Virus record (IMG/VR): IMGVR_UViG_3300036985_006490
Location: 64,001 to 128,000 of that record
Length of the DNA stretch: 64,000 bases
From: a virus
Reading direction: 5' to 3' (one strand)
Below the pieces are notes generated by a model. That model was given only the letters and a program-made list of their open reading frames with translations. It searched no databases and had not been told where the DNA came from. Numbering within the stretch: the stretch's first letter is position 1; every line of letters begins with the position of its first letter. Positions 57,114 through 64,000 of the stretch are shown piece by piece. The position numbers and the translations under genes are program-made.

Positions 57114-59846
57114 TTATTTGTTATGTACTAATACTCCATTCGCATAAAAATTTTGATTGTCAGCAACTGAAATAATATGCGTTTGTGTGTTTATTCTTTC
57201 CAATTCTGTTATAGAAACAATCTCCAAGATTTCTCTGTTAGGTTTGGTTAATTTGTCCCCAATATTTATTTGTGTTACTTCCAAAGGAATATCATATCTT
57301 TCATTAGTCCACTTTGGTTTATAAGACGCAAGTTTTAATCCATTAACATAAAATGGGTGGTCAAATGTTGAAATGATTTCTGTATCATCAGAAAGTATGT
57401 ATTTAACTAAATCATCATGTATGGGTGAGTTTACTTCTGTAACTTCTCTTTCCTCCACAACATTTATAATTTCATTGTAAGACAATACTAAATCCCCCAC
57501 GTTAATCTCTTCAATATTTTTTTCTATTCCATTTCCCATCAAAACTTTAGTACCGCTTATAAAACAAGCTTTATTGTGGGTTAAAATACCATTAGCAAAA
57601 AAGTTATGATTATTGGTTACTTCGAAAATATAAGTTTGTGTTGGTTTGAATTCTAGTTCTTCAATTTTAGTAATTCTTGTATTCAATCCGTCAATTAAGT
57701 TAACATTATCTCCTACTTCTATTTGTGTGACATTATTATTAAAATTGTACCTATCGTTGGTCAATAAAGGTCTATATGACGACAAATTAAACCCATTTAT
57801 AAAAAATGGGTGGTCAAAAGTACAAACAATTTCAGTACCATTTTCAAAAGAATACTTAACCAAATCATCATGAATCGGTGTAATTATATTTGTTACGGTT
57901 TGATTTTCTTTTAATCCTGTTTCTAAATTAACTGAAACTACTATATCACCATTCGCAATATCTTCAATTGGTTTTGTAGTTCCGTCTGCCATTTCAATCA
58001 TTGTACCTTTTACAAAACATGCTCGATTATGTACCAAAACGTCATTAGCAAAATAATTATGATTAATTTCAACTTCAGACAAATTGTATACTTTAGTCTC
58101 TTCATTAACTACGGTAATTTTATCCAAAATAACATTTTTGTTCATTAATTTCACAGAATCTCCGATTTCAATTTTTTGTACTGGTTCACCTATTGTGTAT
58201 AATGTATTTGATAATAAATTGTCATAAGATGACCAACCCTTACCATTAACGAAGATTGGGTGGTCAGTTGTCGATTTGAGAGTACCCCCATTATCAAACT
58301 CATAAACTACAATTTTATCTATTTTTTTGGAAAATACATTTAATACTTTACTAACCTTTGTCTCATTACTATTGAAGTTGAATGACAATATAGAATCTCC
58401 AATTACAACATCTTCAATATTTTTTGTTGTACCATCTTCCATTTGAATTTTGGTACCTGCAACAAAACAAGGAGAGTTATATGATACAATACTATTGAAC
58501 GCCGTAGAACCATTTATTATATACGTATCGGTATCTTCAACATCAAGTTCAACGAATGCCAACCCAGTCTCGGGTGAAACATAGAAGTTTAATTCGTCAA
58601 CTTTAATCAAGTTACCTTCCAAATCATATACGTAATCAGTTACTGCGTTTATTTCAGAAATAAATTTAATACTACTTTTATCAGATATAGAATCATAAAT
58701 CAAATATTTTTTGTTAATACCTGAAAATAGCGAATCATTATCTATCACCATTTCCATCATTGCCCCATATTTGAGTTGTTTAACATCTTTGAAGACAACC
58801 TCGGAATTACTAATATAAGATCCATCAGGAAACTCACCTCCATCATAACTCCAAGTTAAAGCATTCAAATCAGTTTCAGCTTGAGGGGATCCATTAACTT
58901 TATAAGACTTTATGGTTTCACCAACTTGAATTTCGGACACTTCTTTCCAAGTTTCATCATTCATCAAAACTTCATGGGTAGACAAAATTCCACCCGAATC
59001 GTTTTTGATAAAATTTGTTGTGAATTCATAGTAATGATGGTCTTTAACTTTATTACCTTCCAATTCTATCGATTCAGGTAATTCAAATATAGAACTGATT
59101 TTATAAGAATGCAGTATCATTATATCCAAATTTCCCCCATAAACTATCCCAAAAACTCTTATTGATGTAATATGATTATCCTCATCTACACTTGATGGGT
59201 GAATGTGATATTGTTCAATTAATTTATTTTCATCAGAATTTTCAGATAAGAAATCATTCCAACAATTTTCAGATGTTCCTCCAGTTAAATTAATTTTGAA
59301 AAAATCAATTGGATTAAAAGATTCATATACATCCTTTATAGTTGCATCTGGTATGTTACCTGTATTTATTTCTTTTGTCAATGTATCATAAGTACCTACT
59401 GATGAAGAATGGTAATATCCAACACAATTATCAGTTATAAAGCTATCGGTGAACAAATTATAAACATTCAATCTATTTTTACAATACACACTGTCAAATA
59501 TTGCGGTTTCGTCGTAGGCTAATCTTAACACAAATTTATCGGCAGCATCCGCAACTGATGTTGGATAAATTGAATTAATATTCTCGTCATGTAAGTTGAT
59601 GACGATTGATGGTAGATTATTATTAACTTCTTCAACAAGTCTATTAACAAAATCTATGTGTAAAAATGGTTTATAGATAATGTCTAAAGTTGTGATGTTG
59701 TTTGACGATAATACTGATAAAAATCCACTAAAGTCAAAATTCACCAATTCCTGGTCGATAAACCCAGTATCCGTATTTAACTCTAATAATCTTAAATCAC
59801 CATTTGAGTCTTTTACAAAGTCTGCCGAAAATAACGTTCCTTTCAT
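57114..59846 (-). CDS. ATP-grasp-like domain fused to four tandem Hint (BIL-like) domains
   Basis: N-terminal ADF-x-x-D-x-NG-x-L-x-LLELNT plus K...IEQY...SIR; Hint1 (G286-N457, degenerate); Hint2 C460-N607, Hint3 C610-N758 and Hint4 C761-N909, each CF-x-x-GT...T-x-DHP...HN. Confidence 0.85.
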   Translation of the reverse strand: MKGTLFSADFVKDSNGDLRLLELNTDTGFIDQELVNFDFSGFLSVLSSNNITTLDIIYKPFLHIDFVNRLVEEVNNNLPSIVINLHDENINSIYPTSVADAADKFVLRLAYDETAIFDSVYCKNRLNVYNLFTDSFITDNCVGYYHSSSVGTYDTLTKEINTGNIPDATIKDVYESFNPIDFFKINLTGGTSENCWNDFLSENSDENKLIEQYHIHPSSVDEDNHITSIRVFGIVYGGNLDIMILHSYKISSIFELPESIELEGNKVKDHHYYEFTTNFIKNDSGGILSTHEVLMNDETWKEVSEIQVGETIKSYKVNGSPQAETDLNALTWSYDGGEFPDGSYISNSEVVFKDVKQLKYGAMMEMVIDNDSLFSGINKKYLIYDSISDKSSIKFISEINAVTDYVYDLEGNLIKVDELNFYVSPETGLAFVELDVEDTDTYIINGSTAFNSIVSYNSPCFVAGTKIQMEDGTTKNIEDVVIGDSILSFNFNSNETKVSKVLNVFSKKIDKIVVYEFDNGGTLKSTTDHPIFVNGKGWSSYDNLLSNTLYTIGEPVQKIEIGDSVKLMNKNVILDKITVVNEETKVYNLSEVEINHNYFANDVLVHNRACFVKGTMIEMADGTTKPIEDIANGDIVVSVNLETGLKENQTVTNIITPIHDDLVKYSFENGTEIVCTFDHPFFINGFNLSSYRPLLTNDRYNFNNNVTQIEVGDNVNLIDGLNTRITKIEELEFKPTQTYIFEVTNNHNFFANGILTHNKACFISGTKVLMGNGIEKNIEEINVGDLVLSYNEIINVVEEREVTEVNSPIHDDLVKYILSDDTEIISTFDHPFYVNGLKLASYKPKWTNERYDIPLEVTQINIGDKLTKPNREILEIVSITELERINTQTHIISVADNQNFYANGVLVHNK

Positions 59847-59939
59847 AATATGTTGTTAGTTATATATTAAATATCTTGTAGAGGTTTAATTTTTTTTATA
59901 TTTCTATCCCTTGTATTCAACCTCAACCAAATTAAAATT

Positions 59940-60482
59940 TTACAAAAGGGTTTTAGGACTTGAACTAGTTGTTCTTGAGATACAGATATGCGTAAGTTCT
60001 AAACTTTGTGATAAACTTAGTTGAAAATCAATTATATGGTATACTTCAGAAAAATTAATTTTATTGAATTGAACTCTTTTATTATGCTCCAAAGTATTCG
60101 GATATAGATTAATAATTCTTACTTTTTTATCAAGATTCGAATTAATTAACTCGAGTGAAGATTTTTGTAAACTTAATTTATTTTCTCTATAATCATCAAA
60201 ACTACCATTATTGAAGATGGCCGAAGTTAGAACGTTAAAAATAGTTTTATCCTGATATTTCCACAAGTCAAAAAGTTCTTCAAATATTTTTTGTTGGTAA
60301 ATCGGATGATATGTATTATTAATAAACACATCCAAATCTAAAACTTCATTTAGAATGTCTGTGTATCGTTTAAGGTCATACCCATTACTTCTTGAAAAAC
60401 CAAAAACTTCATGGTTTTTTTTCAAAAAATCATAAAGACCTCTACCCAAAGAATCACTGTGTCCTGTTATTCCTATCTTCAT
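59940..60482 (-). CDS. short-chain dehydrogenase/reductase-like protein
   Basis: IGITGHSDSLG, GFSRSNGYD, DVFINN, YRENK (YxxxK). Confidence 0.7.
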   Translation of the reverse strand: MKIGITGHSDSLGRGLYDFLKKNHEVFGFSRSNGYDLKRYTDILNEVLDLDVFINNTYHPIYQQKIFEELFDLWKYQDKTIFNVLTSAIFNNGSFDDYRENKLSLQKSSLELINSNLDKKVRIINLYPNTLEHNKRVQFNKINFSEVYHIIDFQLSLSQSLELTHICISRTTSSSPKTLL

Positions 60483-60991
60483 ATTAAACTAACACTACTT
60501 TTCATATTTTCCTTATATAAAAATATTATTAATGAATACCGAATACCACTTTCAATTTTTGTAACCTCATGTTCTCTTGTATTTTTGAAAGAATAAATTG
60601 TACCAGCTATTTTAGGAATAATTTGTGTAGGTTTATATAATACAAAATCACCTCCCACATAGTCATCATTCAAACAAACTCCAACATTCAATGTTTGATT
60701 AGGATAGTATATGTCACTATGTCTTTCAAATTCATTTCCGGCTATGTATTTGTGTAAATGTATTACTTCAAAGGGTTTGGTTATTTCGATATTTTGGTCT
60801 ATTAACAAATACTCAGTAATTTTATCAAAAATCCATTTTACCGACTCATTTCGATAAATATTATAATAAGTATACGATATTTTTTCCCTCGGTCTTTCAA
60901 CGGTTTTACTATTCACATCTCTGTGAGTACCCTCTATTTCTAAGGTTAAATTTATAATCTTATCACACTCTTCTTTAGAAAAACAAACCAT
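60479..60991 (-). CDS. 2OG-Fe(II) oxygenase (prolyl-4-hydroxylase-like)
   Basis: FSKEEC, KY...F-x-x-HSD, LNDDY-x-GGDF, HEVTKI-x-SG-x-RYSL. Confidence 0.85.
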   Translation of the reverse strand: MVCFSKEECDKIINLTLEIEGTHRDVNSKTVERPREKISYTYYNIYRNESVKWIFDKITEYLLIDQNIEITKPFEVIHLHKYIAGNEFERHSDIYYPNQTLNVGVCLNDDYVGGDFVLYKPTQIIPKIAGTIYSFKNTREHEVTKIESGIRYSLIIFLYKENMKSSVSLI

Positions 60992-60993
60992 AT

Positions 60994-61110
60994 TTAATGA
61001 TTGTAAATAAAAGGATCTCTTTTCTTTAATTCTTCAATTTTCTTTTTTAATTCTTTTTTTCTTTTTCTTTCCTTAATTTTTTTAAGGAACCAATCAATAA
61101 TTTTTTTCAT
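60994..61110 (-). CDS. small basic protein ending in DPFIY (38 aa), absent from the ORF track
   Basis: MKKIIDWFLKKIKERKRKKELKKKIEELKKRDPFIYNH*; ATGA-coupled to the carbamoyltransferase. Confidence 0.65.
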   Translation of the reverse strand: MKKIIDWFLKKIKERKRKKELKKKIEELKKRDPFIYNH

Positions 61111-62774
61111 AGTATTTTGTGTATTATATAATTATCTAAAACTAACAAGTCTAAATCAGTATCCTTAAAAGTTTCTATCGCGTCAAACGGAGTTAGTACC
61201 ATTGTTTTATCTTTAACGTTGAATGATGTATTCAATATAATTGGATACCCACTTAATTTTTCAAACTCAATTAATAAGTCGTGAATTACTGTATTTTCAT
61301 ACACAGTCTGAATTCTTGATGTTCCATCCACGTGAACAACCGCAGATAATTTATCTGCAAATTCTTCCCTTACTTTAACAATTTGATTCATGTATGGTAT
61401 ATCATCAATCGTATGAAAAAATTCATTTTGTTTTTCTTTAATGACCATAGGCGCGAAAGGACGAAACCCCTCTCTTTTCTTAATCAATCTATTAATTCTG
61501 GATTTCATATCGGGTACAGTAGGGTCGGCTAAAATAGACCTGTGTCCTAATGCTCTCGCTCCGAATTCGATTCTATCTCTATACCACCCAACTACTTTAC
61601 CTTCATGGATTTTTTTGGCTACGTATTTTATTAATGTATTGTAATCGTGAATTTCAAAAAAGTTCAAATTTTTAATGTGACCCATATAAAATTCAACATC
61701 ATACTTTGGCCCCAAAAAAGGATTCTTAGTTACTCTTTTGTTTAATTTTTTATTTTGTACAAGATAATGAATACAAGCACCAACACAGGACCCTGCATCT
61801 GATGGAGCAACTGGTATCCAAATTTTTTCAAAATCAGAATTGGATACTATCTTCCCATTCGCAGTACCATTGTATGCCGAACCACCTCCTAAGCAAAGAT
61901 TATTACTACCAAGATTTTTCAAACTTTTAATAATATCAAACAAAACTTCTTCGTATCTTAATTGAACTGCAGCCGCTAAATTTTGATGAATTGTAGTAAT
62001 TTCTTCTTCAGTTAATCTTGGTGAAATACCTAAATGTTCTATTAGTTTTTCGTTGAACATCAATTTTTCTGACTTATCCCAACAAAAAACATCCATGTCA
62101 CAGATTAATTCTCCATCTTTGAATTCTATTAAACTTCTAATTTTTTCAATATTCTCTTGAGGGTCTCCATATGACGCTAATCCCATTAATTTATATTCTC
62201 CTTCATTTGGTTTGAACCCCAAATACGAAGTCATTGTAGAATAATAAAACCCCAATGAATGAGGATATTTCCCCAAATCATGATATTCAATTCCATCATC
62301 ATCCGCCAAACCAAAAGATAATGTATCAATTTCACCAACACCATCAATAGACAAACAGATTGCCCTTTCAAAATCGGAAGTGAAAAAAGAATAATACTGA
62401 TGAGCTAAATGGTGTTCGGAGTAAAATACTCTTCCCTTAAATGGCCTCAAATGTTTATTTACATCTGAGATATTTTTTAAGATCTTAACTAAAGATTTCA
62501 AAGAATATTTCGGTGATTTAAAAAAGTTTTTCTTGATGTTACTAAGTACTCTTTTTAGTTTTAGATTGAGGTCTTCATAATAACAAACCATGTCAATATC
62601 GTCATAAGTTATACTATAATGACTAAAGATGTATTCAATTGTATTAATTGGAAAAGAACTATCGTGTTTAATTCCCGTAAATTTTTCCTCTTCACAAGCA
62701 AAGACTAACTCCCCGTCTTTGAATAGACAGACAGATGAATCGTGATAAAAAGATGAAATACCAAGTATGTACAT
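61107..62774 (-). CDS. carbamoyltransferase (CmcH/NodU/TobZ family)
   Basis: ILGIS-x-FYHDSS, EEKF-x-GIKH, EHH-x-AH, IDGVGE, EGEYKLMGLA-x-YG, EFGARALGHRSILADP, FRPFAP, HVDGTSR-x-QTV, LNTSFN. Confidence 0.95.
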   Translation of the reverse strand: MYILGISSFYHDSSVCLFKDGELVFACEEEKFTGIKHDSSFPINTIEYIFSHYSITYDDIDMVCYYEDLNLKLKRVLSNIKKNFFKSPKYSLKSLVKILKNISDVNKHLRPFKGRVFYSEHHLAHQYYSFFTSDFERAICLSIDGVGEIDTLSFGLADDDGIEYHDLGKYPHSLGFYYSTMTSYLGFKPNEGEYKLMGLASYGDPQENIEKIRSLIEFKDGELICDMDVFCWDKSEKLMFNEKLIEHLGISPRLTEEEITTIHQNLAAAVQLRYEEVLFDIIKSLKNLGSNNLCLGGGSAYNGTANGKIVSNSDFEKIWIPVAPSDAGSCVGACIHYLVQNKKLNKRVTKNPFLGPKYDVEFYMGHIKNLNFFEIHDYNTLIKYVAKKIHEGKVVGWYRDRIEFGARALGHRSILADPTVPDMKSRINRLIKKREGFRPFAPMVIKEKQNEFFHTIDDIPYMNQIVKVREEFADKLSAVVHVDGTSRIQTVYENTVIHDLLIEFEKLSGYPIILNTSFNVKDKTMVLTPFDAIETFKDTDLDLLVLDNYIIHKIL

Positions 62775-64000
62775 TACTGAAAATTTATTAAACTTTGAAA
62801 AAAGTTATAGTCTGTTTTATCTTCATACAAACTTGTAACTATATCTTTATTATGTTTGAACCTTTTTTTTGAGCTTTGATAAAATCCCTGTAATTGGTCT
62901 TTGTTCTTACTAACTCTCACAATTTCATCAATAATCATTCTCATTCTTTTTTGTGGATTTGGTTCATTATCATAACTTAAATCAAAGAAATCTTCAAAAA
63001 AATCTAATCCATATAGTTCTTTTGTCTTTTTAATGTGTTGATGGGTAGCAACAATTAATGGGAATTGTGAATAATAAAAAGGAATCAATGTCTTCTCAGT
63101 AATGTGAACTAAATTATCTTTTTCAAACTGAGACTCATTGACAATATTGATGTATGAATTTTTGTATGGATTATTTTCAAACATTATATTCCAATCTTGA
63201 CCTCCATCAGGGGTATCCACGTCATAATCCTCAAACTCACTTTTTTTAATATTAATATTTTTAAAAAAGTTTAAACTATTTTTTGTTTCGTTAACTAAAT
63301 CATCGTCAAATACTTTCAATAAAAAATCAGAATTTATATCTCCATTTTCTAATTTCATTGAGGATAGTCTATTTCCTCGTAAGAAAGACCAATCGGTATC
63401 ATCTAATAAATTATGGTGTTTAAGCGCGGTTAGAATACCTAATCTGTGTATAGTTAAATTTCTATTATAACACATGAATGTTTTTTCTTTGTTGTTCTTA
63501 AAGGGATAACCATCACAAAAATTTACAATATTCCTTGTAATTACCACTTGAAGTCTGTTTGAAACATGAACATTTATTTTAGAATTTATCTCATTTTTTA
63601 ATTGTGGTAATAACTGATTACCATTGAGAATAAAAACTTGTTCTGTTGGTATCCCAATCATTTTAAGTTGGTAGTCCGCGATTTTTATAACATATTCCAT
63701 GTCACATTCATGTTCCGTTATAAAAATAACTTTGAAGTTTCGATTTTTTTTCAATAAAAGTTTAATTTCTTCTGATAATGGGATATCTCTATGGTCTAAA
63801 ATATATTGCGATAAATAGTAATTTACATGTACCAAATGATAAAAATTTTCATCTTTTCTTTCTAATATTTCACTAACATTACCTATTTTATAATTTTCAA
63901 TTTCATACCATCCAGTGCCCATAAAATATTGAATCATAACTGTGTTAGTATTCTCACTCGATTCATCGGGTATAAGATTTAAAATTGTTTTATTATGATA
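62774..64000 (-). CDS. hypothetical glycosyltransferase-like protein, 5'-partial
   Basis: F-x-CYNR...HR, INIVNES, ITEKT-x-x-P, G-x-x-x-F-x-x-FFD-x-SYD; frame stays open from 63937 to the window end (YHNKTILNLIPDE...). Confidence 0.6.
   Translation of the reverse strand, partial: YHNKTILNLIPDESSENTNTVMIQYFMGTGWYEIENYKIGNVSEILERKDENFYHLVHVNYYLSQYILDHRDIPLSEEIKLLLKKNRNFKVIFITEHECDMEYVIKIADYQLKMIGIPTEQVFILNGNQLLPQLKNEINSKINVHVSNRLQVVITRNIVNFCDGYPFKNNKEKTFMCYNRNLTIHRLGILTALKHHNLLDDTDWSFLRGNRLSSMKLENGDINSDFLLKVFDDDLVNETKNSLNFFKNINIKKSEFEDYDVDTPDGGQDWNIMFENNPYKNSYINIVNESQFEKDNLVHITEKTLIPFYYSQFPLIVATHQHIKKTKELYGLDFFEDFFDLSYDNEPNPQKRMRMIIDEIVRVSKNKDQLQGFYQSSKKRFKHNKDIVTSLYEDKTDYNFFQSLINFQ

Noticed and set aside
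57114-58991. Hint domains as ordinary selfish inteins in a conserved host protein
   Set aside because: No homing endonuclease, +1 residues of Hint2-4 are R/K/K, and the exteins are dipeptides with no protein to reconstitute.
1-64000. tRNA/rRNA genes, integrase, transposase, stop-codon reassignment
   Set aside because: None recognisable by eye; intergenic gaps are short, and genes read intact in the standard code with TAA, TAG and TGA all used as stops. A tRNAscan-SE/Infernal run would be needed to exclude small RNAs.
1-64000. Bacterial chromosome or eukaryotic giant-virus origin
   Set aside because: gp46/47-like, primase, amidase and baseplate-type genes with a bacterial sigma factor and a high share of unknown ORFs fit a large bacteriophage; no housekeeping operons or NCLDV markers seen.

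Overview
A 64 kb segment of a large, AT-rich, lytic dsDNA tailed (jumbo-type) bacteriophage genome, densely coding and mostly on the minus strand. The host is probably a member of Bacteroidota: there are TTTG-N18-20-TAnnTTTG promoters, a Bacteroidetes-type primary sigma factor, an Hc1 histone-like protein and a signal peptide cleaved before Gln. 1-35 kb holds core and host-takeover genes (APS kinase, thioredoxin/glutaredoxin, DnaJ, sigma70, SbcC/SbcD, primase, RuvC-like and Cas4-like nucleases, two DNA MTases, a TaqI-like endonuclease, a lysis cassette, probable head-packaged proteins). 35-44 kb encodes virion proteins with mucin-like Thr/Pro repeats, facing a glycosylation operon at 44-51.7 kb that includes an Aah/TibC-type O-heptosyltransferase fusion. 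51.7-64 kb is a minus-strand cluster of modification enzymes (2OG-Fe(II) oxygenases, SET, radical SAM, SGNH-like, SDR, carbamoyltransferase). At its centre is the most unusual gene: a 910-aa protein with an apparently permuted ATP-grasp-like domain followed by four tandem Hint domains separated only by dipeptides (SP, RA, KA, then a terminal K). Other notable items are a degenerate MetK-like protein, a radical SAM insertion flanked by a diverged duplication of the sbcC 5' end, and a shared C-terminal aliphatic tail on most cluster enzymes. All family calls come from motif recognition by eye; no database searches were run.
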